Shown: piece by piece, positions 46,433-55,160 of the stretch
How the letters are laid out: the number at the start of each line of letters is the position of its first letter
Position numbering within the stretch: position 1 is the first letter of the stretch
From: Actinomycetales bacterium
GTDB taxonomy: Bacteria; Actinomycetota; Actinomycetes; S36-B12
Direction: 5' to 3'
Assembly (NCBI GenBank): GCA_018970025.1
Contig: JAGWXF010000011.1
Coordinates: 8,898 to 72,897 of the forward strand
Length of the DNA stretch: 64,000 nucleotides
Position numbers and translations under genes: made by a program
Notes under the pieces: generated by a model
What the model was told of the DNA's origin: nothing
Databases searched by the model: none
What the model saw: the letters and a program-made list of their open reading frames with translations, nothing else

Positions 46433-47182
46433 ATGCGGCTGACCGTCCTGGGCTGTGCCGGATCCTTCCCGACGGCCGACTCGCCGGCCTCTGCCTACCT
46501 GGTGGAGCATGAGGGCCACCGCATCCTGCTGGACCTGGGCAATGGCGCGATCAGCGGCCTGCAGCGCCTGGTCGACCTGGACGATCCCGATGCCCTCGAC
46601 GCCGTGGTGCTCTCCCATGGGCACCTGGATCACTGCGCCGACCTCGGCTCGCTGTACGTCGCCCGGACCTACCACCCCACGGTGCGGTTCCCCCGGCTGC
46701 CGGTCCTGGGCCCGGCCGGGATCGCCGGGCGCATCGCCGAGATGTACGGCACGAGCATTGCCGCGCTGGAGTCGAGCTTCGCCTTCGGTGAGCTCGGCAG
46801 CAGTCCGATGGCCCTGGGCCCGTTCGAGGTGGACGCCTGCCCCGCCCGCCATCCGGTGGCCGCCCTGTGCATCGGGGTGCGCGCCGGCGGCCGGCGGCTG
46901 GCGTACTCGGGTGATACCGGGCCGAATGACGAGCTCGTCGAGCTCGCGCGTGATGCTGACCTGGCACTATTCGAGGCATCATTCGTGGGTGACGATGCCC
47001 CGCCGGCCCTGCACCTGACCGCGACGCAGGCCGGGCAGCATGCGGCACTGGCTGGCGCCCGGAGCCTGCTGGTGACGCACCTGGTGAGGTGGAATGACGA
47101 TGCGCAGGTGCTGGCTGAGGCGACTGCGGCATTCGGCGGGCCGACCCGGCTGGCCCACCCCGGGCTAGTGGTCGATGTCTAG
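46433..47182 (+). CDS. MBL-fold metallo-hydrolase
   Basis: HxHxDH as SHGHLDHCAD; conserved position between murI and rph. Confidence 0.85.
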   Translation: MRLTVLGCAGSFPTADSPASAYLVEHEGHRILLDLGNGAISGLQRLVDLDDPDALDAVVLSHGHLDHCADLGSLYVARTYHPTVRFPRLPVLGPAGIAGRIAEMYGTSIAALESSFAFGELGSSPMALGPFEVDACPARHPVAALCIGVRAGGRRLAYSGDTGPNDELVELARDADLALFEASFVGDDAPPALHLTATQAGQHAALAGARSLLVTHLVRWNDDAQVLAEATAAFGGPTRLAHPGLVVDV

Positions 47183-47221
47183 CGTCCGGCTGCCCCGGGC
47201 GATTCACTAGGGTCAGCGCCC

Positions 47222-47959
47222 ATGACCCGCTCCGATGGCCGGACCAATGACGAACTGCGACCTGTGAGCTTCGAGCGCGGATGGCTGGACCAGGCCGAGG
47301 GGTCGGTGCTGGTGAGCTTCGGCCGCACCCGGGTGCTGTGCGCGGCCTCCTTCACCGAGGGGGTGCCGCGCTGGCTGAAGGGATCGGGCAAGGGCTGGGT
47401 GACGGCGGAGTACGCCATGCTGCCGCGGGCGACGAATACCCGCTCCGATCGAGAGTCGGTGAAGGGACGGGTGGGCGGACGCACCCAGGAGATCTCCCGG
47501 CTCGTCGGTCGCAGCATCCGCGCGGTGGTGGACATGTCGGTGCTCGGCGAGAACACCATCGTGCTGGACTGCGATGTGCTGCAGGCCGATGGCGGGACAC
47601 GGACGGCGGCGATCACCGGCGCCTACGTCGCCCTGGCGGATGCGGTCACGTGGGCGATGGATCGCGGGGTGCTGGCGCGCACGCCGCTGATCGGGACGGT
47701 GGCCGCCGTGAGCGTCGGCATCATCGAGGGCCAGCCGCGGCTGGACCTGCACTACGACGATGACGTGCGGGCGGAGACGGACATGAACGTCGTGATGACC
47801 GGTGACGGCAGGTACGTCGAGGTGCAGGGCACGGCGGAGGGGGAGCCGTTCGATCGCAGCCTGCTCGATCAGCTCCTCGCGCTGGCCGCCGACGGCTGCG
47901 CGACGCTGACCGACCTGCAGCAGCAGGCGCTGTCGCTGCCGCTGGTCATTCGCGGATGA
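47222..47959 (+). CDS. rph: ribonuclease PH
   Basis: [40 protein letters not shown]…GRTQEISRL…; 245 aa. Confidence 0.95.
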   Translation: MTRSDGRTNDELRPVSFERGWLDQAEGSVLVSFGRTRVLCAASFTEGVPRWLKGSGKGWVTAEYAMLPRATNTRSDRESVKGRVGGRTQEISRLVGRSIRAVVDMSVLGENTIVLDCDVLQADGGTRTAAITGAYVALADAVTWAMDRGVLARTPLIGTVAAVSVGIIEGQPRLDLHYDDDVRAETDMNVVMTGDGRYVEVQGTAEGEPFDRSLLDQLLALAADGCATLTDLQQQALSLPLVIRG

Positions 47960-48561
47960 GCCGGCAGCTGGTGCTGGCCAGCCGCAATCCCAAGAAGGTC
48001 GCCGAGCTGCATCGCATCCTGTCCGATGCGGGCCTGGACATCGACCTGCTGGGCACCGATGCCTTCCCCGGCCTGCCCGAGGTCGAGGAGACCGCATCCA
48101 CGTTCGCCGGCAATGCGCTGCTGAAGGCACGGCAGGTATGTGCCTTCACCGGCCTGCCGGCGGTCGCCGACGACTCCGGCCTGACGGTGGATGCCCTCAA
48201 CGGGATGCCGGGCGTGCTGTCGGCCCGCTGGGCGGGTTCGCACGGTGATGATGAGGCGAACCTTCGGCTGATCCTGGCACAGGTGGCGCATGTGCCGCCG
48301 GGTCGGCGCGGCGCCGCCTTCCACTGCGCGGCGGCCCTTGCCCTGCCGGACGGCACGGAGCGGGTCGTCGAGGGAACCCTGGAGGGGGAGCTCATCGACC
48401 AGCCGCGCGGCGGCAATGGCTTCGGGTACGACCCGATTTTCCTCCCGCTCGGCTCCTCGGTGACGACCGCCGAGATGTCCGCGAGCCAGAAGGATGCGAT
48501 CAGCCATCGGGGCGTGGCCCTGCGTGCCCTGGTGCCGGTCCTGCGCGAGCTGCTCGGCTGA
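47956..48561 (+). CDS. rdgB: dITP/XTP pyrophosphatase (non-canonical purine NTPase)
   Basis: ATGA overlap with rph. …[14 protein letters not shown]… and …[11 protein letters not shown]…SHRG… motifs. Confidence 0.9.
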   Translation: MSRQLVLASRNPKKVAELHRILSDAGLDIDLLGTDAFPGLPEVEETASTFAGNALLKARQVCAFTGLPAVADDSGLTVDALNGMPGVLSARWAGSHGDDEANLRLILAQVAHVPPGRRGAAFHCAAALALPDGTERVVEGTLEGELIDQPRGGNGFGYDPIFLPLGSSVTTAEMSASQKDAISHRGVALRALVPVLRELLG

Positions 48562-48602
48562 GCAGCGACCGGCCCCGCTGACCGATGCGTGCGCCGTGCC
48601 CG

Positions 48603-48687
48603 TGGTGCGGGAGGCGGGACTTGAACCCGCACGTCCGAGGACACAGGTTCCTAAGACCTGCGTGTCTGCCAGTTCCACCACTCCCGC
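48603..48687 (-). tRNA. tRNA-Leu (anticodon UAG)
   Basis: The reverse complement folds as a class II tRNA: GCGGGAG-UG-GUGG…; anticodon arm CAGGU-CUUAGGA-ACCUG; long variable arm; T-arm GCGGG-UUCAAGU-CCCGC; CUCCCGC-A-CCA encoded. Confidence 0.95.
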
Positions 48688-48736
48688 GTGGGTCGCAATC
48701 CTAGGCGAGGGTGTCGTTCATCAGGCCCTGCGTTCA

Positions 48737-49195
48737 TCAGGCCCTGCGGCAGGGGACCTCGATCACCGTACGGGGCGAAGGCGCGTCGGGGCCGTCCAGA
48801 TACCGCTCGAGGAAGTCCCCGGTCATTTCATAGCCCGATGCGTCGATCCAGGCGATGAGCGCGTCATAGGCGGCGCCGATCTCGGTGTACGGGCCGGTCA
48901 CGGTGGTGCGGGCGACCGTCCCTGCCGGCAGGCTGATCGGGACGACCCCATCGGATGCCGATACGGGCGACGTCACCGGGAAGCCGACCGCGATGTCGAA
49001 GGTGCCGTCATCTGCCAGCCGATACTGGGCGAAGGGCTCGCCGGCCGGCTGCACCTGCTGTGCCCCGATCGCCTGCATGACCTCCCGGATCGAGGCGCCG
49101 ACGAAGGCCCCGATGCCGTCATGCTCGACGTGGCCCCGTACGACGGCCGCCGGCCGGGGCTCGGCCTGCTCGATGGTGAACGCTCCGTGCGACAT
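48737..49195 (-). CDS. GyrI-like small-molecule-binding domain protein
   Basis: ORF 48737..49297; start set at ATG 49195 (MSHGAFTIEQAEPRPAAVVRGHV...). Has the SRPBCC/GyrI-like pattern (…GEPFAQY…GPYTEIGAAYDALIAWI…). Confidence 0.7.
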   Translation of the reverse strand: MSHGAFTIEQAEPRPAAVVRGHVEHDGIGAFVGASIREVMQAIGAQQVQPAGEPFAQYRLADDGTFDIAVGFPVTSPVSASDGVVPISLPAGTVARTTVTGPYTEIGAAYDALIAWIDASGYEMTGDFLERYLDGPDAPSPRTVIEVPCRRA

Positions 49196-49259
49196 ATGCG
49201 CCTCCGCTGGTCGATCCTCCTGCTGCCATCGAGCGTGCCAGTCCGGGACGCGGATGTCA

Positions 49260-49739
49260 TCACGACAGGTCGAGCTCCCGGAGCAGCCGGGCAACATGAC
49301 CGGTCGCCCGGACGTTGTGCTGGGCGAGCTCGACCCGGCCAGTTGGGCCGATGACGAAGGTCGACCGGATCACGCCGGTTACCGTCTTGCCGTACAGCTG
49401 CTTGGCCCCCCAGGCGCCGTACTGCTCCATGACGGCATGGTCGGGGTCGGAGAGCAGGGTGAACGTCAGCTGGTCGCGCTCCCGGAAGGCGGCCAGCCTG
49501 GGCGCAGGGTCAGGGGAGATCCCCACGACGGCCAGGCCATGGCCGGTCAGCACGTCGAGACTGTCGCGGAAGTCGCATGCCTGCTTGGTGCAGCCGGGGG
49601 TCATGGCGGCTGGGTAGAAGTACAGGATGACCCGCTGGCCGGCGAAGTCCTTCAGCCGCACGCGCGTGCCGGCATCGTCCAGCAGGCTGAAGGGCGGGGC
49701 CTTGGTTCCCACCGACGGGCCCGGGCGGGTTCCGCTCAT
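49260..49739 (-). CDS. bcp: thioredoxin-dependent thiol peroxidase (peroxiredoxin Bcp)
   Basis: ORF 49260..49811; start set at ATG 49739 (MSGTRPGPSVGTKAPPFSL...). Active site YFYPAAMTPGCTKQAC. Confidence 0.9.
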   Translation of the reverse strand: MSGTRPGPSVGTKAPPFSLLDDAGTRVRLKDFAGQRVILYFYPAAMTPGCTKQACDFRDSLDVLTGHGLAVVGISPDPAPRLAAFRERDQLTFTLLSDPDHAVMEQYGAWGAKQLYGKTVTGVIRSTFVIGPTGRVELAQHNVRATGHVARLLRELDLS

Positions 49740-49850
49740 GCAGGCCTCCGCTTCACGATTCATCTGGCGTTCAGGTACTTGCAAGATATTCGCAGGTGTC
49801 GAAATCTGCAAAGAAGGCTAGGATGACGCGACGTATGAGAGGAGCCTGCC

Positions 49851-50588
49851 ATGCCGATCGCAGCAGTGCATATCCCAGGAGTGCACGTCCCAGCGATGCA
49901 TATCCCGGACGGTTTTATCAACGCGCCGGTGAGCGCGATCGCCGGCGCCATCGCCATCGCCGGCATCGCCGTGTGCATCTGGGGTGCCCGTCGGCAGCTC
50001 GATGAGAAGACGGCTCCCCTCGCGGGGCTGGTGGCCGTCTTCGTCTTCGCGATGCAGATGCTGAACTTCCCCGTGGCGGCGGGTACCAGCGGCCACCTGC
50101 TGGGCGGCGCCCTGGCCGCGATCCTGGTCGGCCCCTATGCGGGCGCCCTGGCGGTGAGCGTGGTGATCCTGGTGCAGGGCCTGCTGTTCGCCGATGGCGG
50201 GCTCAGCGCCCTCGGCCTGAACATCATCAACATGGCCCTGCTCACGGCCGTCGTCGGCTGGGCCGTCTTCCGCCTGGTCATCCGCCTCGCCGGCACCTCA
50301 CGGCCCGCCGTGATCGCCGGCTCGTTCGCGGCCGGGTTCGTCGCGGTGCCGGTCGCGAGCCTGATGTTCGTGCTGGAATACGCGCTCGGTGGGACGGGCA
50401 CGATCAGCGTGTCCACCGTCCTGGTCGCCATGACCGGGGTGCACGTCCTCATCGGGATCGGCGAGGGGCTGATCACGGCCCTGACCGTCGGTGCGGTTTA
50501 CCTCACTCGGCCGGATCTCGTCTACGGCGTGCATGACCGCAGGGCTCGCACGCTGGAGATCCGCACGGCGACGACAGCGGGAGCGTGA
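49851..50588 (+). CDS. cbiM: ECF-transporter substrate-capture component CbiM/NikM (Co/Ni)
   Basis: ATG 49851 has the SD GAGAGGAG (49837-49844). The canonical family N-terminus MHIPDGF begins only at ATG 49896. …NFPVAAGTSGHLLGGALAAILVGP…. Confidence 0.85.
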   Translation: MPIAAVHIPGVHVPAMHIPDGFINAPVSAIAGAIAIAGIAVCIWGARRQLDEKTAPLAGLVAVFVFAMQMLNFPVAAGTSGHLLGGALAAILVGPYAGALAVSVVILVQGLLFADGGLSALGLNIINMALLTAVVGWAVFRLVIRLAGTSRPAVIAGSFAAGFVAVPVASLMFVLEYALGGTGTISVSTVLVAMTGVHVLIGIGEGLITALTVGAVYLTRPDLVYGVHDRRARTLEIRTATTAGA

Positions 50589-50592
50589 GGGC

Positions 50593-50940
50593 ATGCGACG
50601 CAGCATCTGGATCGTCATCGGGGTCGGCCTGGCCGTCGCGCTGGTCGCGGCGGGATTCCTGAGCTACTACGCCAGCAGTGCTCCGGATGGCCTGGAGAAG
50701 GTGGCCGAGGACCACGGGTTCATCGATACGGCGCAGGACTCCGCCATGGCCAGCCTGCCGACGGCCGGCTACGCCATCGAGGGGCTGGGCAATGACCGGC
50801 TGTCGAGCGGTCTCGCCGGCGTGCTCGGGGTCCTGGTCATGATCGTCGTCGGCTTCGGCCTGTTCTGGCTGCTGGGTCGGGGCCGCAGGTCTGGCCAGGC
50901 TGGCGTGAGCGCCGATGACCACGCGCAGGTCGGCGGATAG
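50593..50940 (+). CDS. PDGLE-domain membrane protein (CbiN/NikN-like accessory component)
   Basis: ATG 50593, 5 nt after the cbiM stop. MRRSIWIVIGVGLAVALVAAGFLSYYASSAPDGLEKVAEDHGF… plus a C-terminal TM segment. Confidence 0.75.
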   Translation: MRRSIWIVIGVGLAVALVAAGFLSYYASSAPDGLEKVAEDHGFIDTAQDSAMASLPTAGYAIEGLGNDRLSSGLAGVLGVLVMIVVGFGLFWLLGRGRRSGQAGVSADDHAQVGG

Positions 50941-51726
50941 GTGCCCACGACCCATCATCATGGGCACGATGTCGGCGAGCGCCTGTACGTTCACGTGCAC
51001 ACCCCGGTCCACGCCCTGCCGGCAGAGGTGAAGACCGTTGCCATGGTCGCGTTCGTCTTCGCGGTCATCGCCACGCCGAACAACCAGTTCTGGGCCTTCG
51101 GGGCCTACGCGGCGATCCTGGTCGCGCTGGCCGCCATCTCCCGGATTCCCGCGCGCACGATCGTGCCGCGGATGCTCGTGGAGGTGCCGTTCGTCCTCTT
51201 CGCGATCCTCATGCCGGTGCTCGGCCCGGCACCCAAGGTCGAGGTCCTCGGCCTGAGCCTGTCCTCGGCCGGCCTGCTCGCCGGCTGGGGCATCCTGATC
51301 AAGGGCACCCTGGGGGTCGTCTGCTCGATCCTGCTGGCCGCGACCACGCCAGCCCGTGACCTCCTGCTCGGCCTGGAGCGGCTGCGGGTGCCACAGTTGA
51401 TCGTCCAGATCGCCGGCTTCATGCTGCGCTATGTCCACGTCGTGGGAGATGAGATGCACCGGATGTCCCTGGCCCGCCAGGCTCGCGGATTCCAGGCGAC
51501 CGGTGTCCGGTCGTGGCCGGTCCTGGCCCAGTCGGGCGGGACGCTGTTCATCCGCTCGTACGAGCGCGGCGAGCGCGTGCACCTGGCCATGCTCAGTCGC
51601 GGCTATACCGGCCGGATGCCGGAACTGTCGTCCCATGTGACGACCGGACGAGACTGGGCGACGGGCTTGATGCTGCCGGCAGTGGCGGCCGCGATCGCCA
51701 TCTGCGCATGGCTGGCAAGCCGATGA
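50941..51726 (+). CDS. cbiQ: ECF transporter transmembrane (T) component
   Basis: GTG 50941 immediately follows the previous stop. Multi-TM with …ARQARGF…/…RSYERGERVHLAMLSRGY… typical of CbiQ/EcfT. Confidence 0.85.
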   Translation: MPTTHHHGHDVGERLYVHVHTPVHALPAEVKTVAMVAFVFAVIATPNNQFWAFGAYAAILVALAAISRIPARTIVPRMLVEVPFVLFAILMPVLGPAPKVEVLGLSLSSAGLLAGWGILIKGTLGVVCSILLAATTPARDLLLGLERLRVPQLIVQIAGFMLRYVHVVGDEMHRMSLARQARGFQATGVRSWPVLAQSGGTLFIRSYERGERVHLAMLSRGYTGRMPELSSHVTTGRDWATGLMLPAVAAAIAICAWLASR

Positions 51727-52490
51727 GCGAGGCAATGATGGCGCCGAATGACCCGAGCCTGGACGTCTCCGGCCTGGCCTTCGCCTACCCGGATGGCCAC
51801 CAGGCCCTCTTCGGCGTCGACCTGGTCATCCAGCGTGGTGAGCGGGTTGCGCTGCTGGGGGCCAATGGCGCCGGCAAGACCACCCTGGTGATGCACCTGA
51901 ACGGCCTGCTGTCGGGGGGCGTGGGCACGGTGCACGTAGCCGGCTTGCTGGTCGGCAAGCCCAACCTGCGCGAGATCCGACGTCGGGTCGGGGTGGTCTT
52001 CCAGGATCCGGACGACCAGCTGTTCATGCCGACGGTCCGCGATGACGTGGCCTTCGGGCCGGCGAACATTGGCCTCGAAGGCGATGCGCTGACGGCGCGG
52101 GTCGAGTCGGCCCTGGCCATGGTGGGGATGCTGGAGTTCGCCGATCGGCCCCCGCACCACCTGTCCTTCGGCCAGCGTCGACGCGTCGCCGTTGCGACCG
52201 TCCTGGCCATGGAGCCCGAGATCCTGGTGCTCGACGAGCCCTCGAGCAATCTCGATCCGGCCAGCCGCCGCGAGCTCGCTGACATCCTGCGCTCCCTCGA
52301 CATCACGATGCTGATGGTGACCCATGACCTGCCGTACGCCCTTGAGCTGTGCCCGCGGGCGGTCATCCTGTCGGACGGCGTGGTCGTGGCCGATGGCTCG
52401 ACCCGAGAGATCCTGACGGACGATGCGCTGATGCGGGCCAATCGCCTCGAGCTTCCGTACGGCTTCGACCCGGCCTCGCTGCCGGCCTGA
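51723..52490 (+). CDS. cbiO: ECF transporter ATPase
   Basis: ATGA overlap with cbiQ. Walker A GANGAGKTT, signature LSFGQRRR, Walker B ILVLDEP. Confidence 0.9.
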   Translation: MSEAMMAPNDPSLDVSGLAFAYPDGHQALFGVDLVIQRGERVALLGANGAGKTTLVMHLNGLLSGGVGTVHVAGLLVGKPNLREIRRRVGVVFQDPDDQLFMPTVRDDVAFGPANIGLEGDALTARVESALAMVGMLEFADRPPHHLSFGQRRRVAVATVLAMEPEILVLDEPSSNLDPASRRELADILRSLDITMLMVTHDLPYALELCPRAVILSDGVVVADGSTREILTDDALMRANRLELPYGFDPASLPA

Positions 52491-52540
52491 GCCCGGGCCC
52501 CGGCCAGGCACGGACGGTCGATGCGCCCAGGGCGTAGGCT

Positions 52541-52882
52541 GTGCCTGTGGCATCCGACCTGCCCCTGGGCCCACCGCAGGAACAACCCTTGAACGGCCAG
52601 GCTCATGGCAAGCCGCCGTCGCCGGCTCCGGCGGCGCCGCGGCGAACCCCGGAGGAACTCCAGGCGGAGGTCGTCGCCGCGCGCGAGGCCCTGCTGGCAT
52701 CGGTCGCCGAGCTCAGGGAGCAGTTCGTCCCGGGCGCCCTGGTCGCGCGCAGCGGCAGGGCCGTGGCCGGCTGGTTCACCCGCCCGGATGGCGGCATCCG
52801 GCCGGAGCGGGTCGCCATCGCAGGAGCGGTCGTGGTCGGCCTGGTCGTGCTGACGGCCATCGGCCGGCGCCGGCGCTCCTGA
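52541..52882 (+). CDS. DUF3618 domain protein with C-terminal TM anchor
   Basis: …RTPEELQAEVVAAREALLASVAELREQF… followed by …AIAGAVVVGLVVLTAIGRRRR. GTG start. Confidence 0.6.
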   Translation: MPVASDLPLGPPQEQPLNGQAHGKPPSPAPAAPRRTPEELQAEVVAAREALLASVAELREQFVPGALVARSGRAVAGWFTRPDGGIRPERVAIAGAVVVGLVVLTAIGRRRRS

Positions 52883-52933
52883 GCGACCCGTCAGCATCCA
52901 CCCTGCCGAGGCAGCCGCCGTGCGAAGGAAGCC

Positions 52934-53293
52934 ATGACCACCCTGGACGCACCCCCGAGCACCACGCCCAATGCCGACGGCTCCGTGCCGATCAAGCTGC
53001 TGCATGACCGAGTGCTCGTCCGGGAGAGCGGCGAGGACGGCGAGCGACGCTCGAGCGGGGGCATTGTCATCCCGGCCACCGCGCAGGTCGGCCGCCGGCT
53101 CAGCTGGGCCAGGGTGGTGGCAATCGGCCCGAATGTGCGGACCATCGAGATCGGCGATCGCGTGCTCTTCGAGCCAGAGGATCGCAGCAGTGTCGAGCTG
53201 CAGGGCCAGGTGTACGTCCTGCTACGGGAGCGCGATGTGCACGCCGTGGCCGCCGAGCACGCGAGCAATGCCGGGACTGGCCTGTACCTCTAG
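52934..53293 (+). CDS. GroES (Cpn10)-family protein
   Basis: …IKLLHDRVLVRESGEDGERRSSGGIVIPATAQ…ARVVAIGP…IEIGDRVLF… follows the GroES pattern, with an N-terminal extension. Confidence 0.75.
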   Translation: MTTLDAPPSTTPNADGSVPIKLLHDRVLVRESGEDGERRSSGGIVIPATAQVGRRLSWARVVAIGPNVRTIEIGDRVLFEPEDRSSVELQGQVYVLLRERDVHAVAAEHASNAGTGLYL

Positions 53294-53358
53294 GCTGATC
53301 GCGCCTGCGCCAGGGATGCGTCCCGGCGGGGTGTACTGGAGTATCGACGGGAGCGCTG

Positions 53359-54918
53359 GTGCCTGACCGCACGGACTGCGTCATCATCGGGGCCGGCCAT
53401 AACGGCCTTGTCGCGGCGTGCTACCTGGCCATGGCCGGCAAGCGGGTGCACATCCTCGAGGCCCAGCAGGCCGTGGGCGGGGCGACCGTGTCGTCGCGCG
53501 TGTTCCCCGGGGTCGACGCCGCCCTGTCGAAGTACTCCTACCTGGTCTCGCTGTTCGCCCATCAGATCCGGCAGGAGCTCGGCGTCAGCATCCGAACCCA
53601 GAAGCGGCGAGTGGCGTCCTATACCCCGGATCCGCCCAATCCGGCCCAGGGGATGCTCGTCCCGGCGGGCGACGGCGATGGCCTCGAGCGGAGCATCGAG
53701 CGACTGACTGGCCGACGAGATGACGCGGCGGCGTGGCGGGAGTTCACCGCGCGCACGGCCACCCTGGCGCGGATCATCTTCCCGACCATGCTGGAGCCGC
53801 TCCGCTCGCGGGAGCAGATGCGGCAGCTGGTTCCCGATGACCTGTGGCGCGACTTCATCGAGCGGCCGATCGGCGAGGTGATCGAGCGCACCTTCACCGA
53901 TGACCTCGTCCGCGGCGTGGTGCTCACCGATGCGCTGATCGGGACCTTCTCCCATGCGCACGATCCCTCACTGCGACAGAACCAGTGCTTCCTCTACCAC
54001 GTGATCGGCAACGGCACGGGCGACTGGGACGTCCCGGTTGGCGGCATGGGCGCGCTGACCGGCGCCCTGCTCGCACGGGCCAGCGAGCTGCAGGTCCAGG
54101 TCACCACGGGCGCGCGGGTCACCGCCGTCGAGGCCAATGGTGTTCGTGCCATGGTGCGCGCGGAGACGGCGACCGGGACCCTGCGGATCGACTGCCAGGA
54201 TGTGCTGGCCAATTGCGCGCCCGCGGTGCTCGATGAGCTGCTCGGCCGGGCTCCTCGGCCCATCAAGGCGGCGGATGCCGGCGCGCAGGTGAAGGTGAAC
54301 ATGGTGCTCAAGCGGCTGCCCCGCCTGCGCGATCAGACCGTGGATCCGGCCGATGCCTTTGCCGGCACCTTCCACGTCAACGAGTCGTACCGGCAGCTGG
54401 CGGCGGCGCATGGCATCGCATCCAGGGGCGAGATCCCCACGCCGCTGCCGCTGGAGATCTACTGCCACAGCCTGACCGACCCGACGATCCTGGGCCCCGA
54501 GCTTCGTCAGTCCGGAGCGCAGACCATGACGGTCTTCGCCCTGCAGACCCCCCATGCGCTGTTCGCCGGCGGCGACGACCGGATGCGCAAGCGAGCCCTG
54601 CGAGCGGTCGTGGCCAGCCTGAACTCGGTGCTGGCCGAGCCGATCCAGGGTTGCCTGCTCATCGACGCCGAAGGCCGGCCGTGCATCGAGACGAATACCA
54701 CCGCCGACATCGAGCAGGCCCTGGGCATCCCGACGGGCAATATCTTCCACACCCCGCTCGACTGGCCGTTCGTGGACGATCCAGCACTGGTCGGAACCTG
54801 GGGCGGCGAGACCGAGATCCCCAACGTCACCATCTGCGGATCGGGTGCGCGGCGAGGCGGGGGAGTATCAGGCATCCCCGGCCGCAACGCGGCGCACTAT
54901 CTGCTCTCCCGGCCCTAG
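53359..54918 (+). CDS. FAD/NAD(P)-dependent oxidoreductase, phytoene-desaturase family
   Basis: GTG 53359; dinucleotide motif DCVIIGAGHNGLVAACYLAMAGKRVHILE; 519 aa. Confidence 0.8.
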   Translation: MPDRTDCVIIGAGHNGLVAACYLAMAGKRVHILEAQQAVGGATVSSRVFPGVDAALSKYSYLVSLFAHQIRQELGVSIRTQKRRVASYTPDPPNPAQGMLVPAGDGDGLERSIERLTGRRDDAAAWREFTARTATLARIIFPTMLEPLRSREQMRQLVPDDLWRDFIERPIGEVIERTFTDDLVRGVVLTDALIGTFSHAHDPSLRQNQCFLYHVIGNGTGDWDVPVGGMGALTGALLARASELQVQVTTGARVTAVEANGVRAMVRAETATGTLRIDCQDVLANCAPAVLDELLGRAPRPIKAADAGAQVKVNMVLKRLPRLRDQTVDPADAFAGTFHVNESYRQLAAAHGIASRGEIPTPLPLEIYCHSLTDPTILGPELRQSGAQTMTVFALQTPHALFAGGDDRMRKRALRAVVASLNSVLAEPIQGCLLIDAEGRPCIETNTTADIEQALGIPTGNIFHTPLDWPFVDDPALVGTWGGETEIPNVTICGSGARRGGGVSGIPGRNAAHYLLSRP

Positions 54919-55023
54919 CGTTCCCGGCAGAGTGCTCCAGGCCTGTTCCTGCGCGGCCCCAGAGCCGACCCCTGATTTCGTGGTCCGCCGGGCATGCAGT
55001 ATCGTCCGCAGCCACAACTGAAT

Positions 55024-55148
55024 ACCTCATCAAGAGGGGCAGAGGGATACGGCCCGTTGAAGCCCCGGCAACCTATCCGGCGAATCTCGTTCACGAGGCC
55101 ACCCGGAGTTCGGTGCCAACTCCGACCTGACCACAGGAAAGATGAGCG
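55024..55148 (+). promoter_or_regulatory. SAM-I (S-box) riboswitch
   Basis: CTCATCAAGAGGGGCAGAGGGATACGGCCCGTTGAAGCCCCGGCAACC…GGTGCCAACTCCGACC…GAAAGATGAG matches the conserved SAM-I core. P1 is CTCATC (55026-31) / GATGAG (55141-46). The SD GAGAGG at 55148-53 precedes ATG 55161. Confidence 0.9.
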
Positions 55149-55160
55149 AGAGGCCTCGTC

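Noticed and set aside
49740-49850. Cobalamin or NiCo riboswitch upstream of cbiM
   Set aside because: Only ~110 nt are available between bcp and cbiM, with no B12-box-like or other riboswitch core that I could recognise. The region looks like a plain divergent promoter (relatively AT-rich, with the small palindrome CTTGCAAG).
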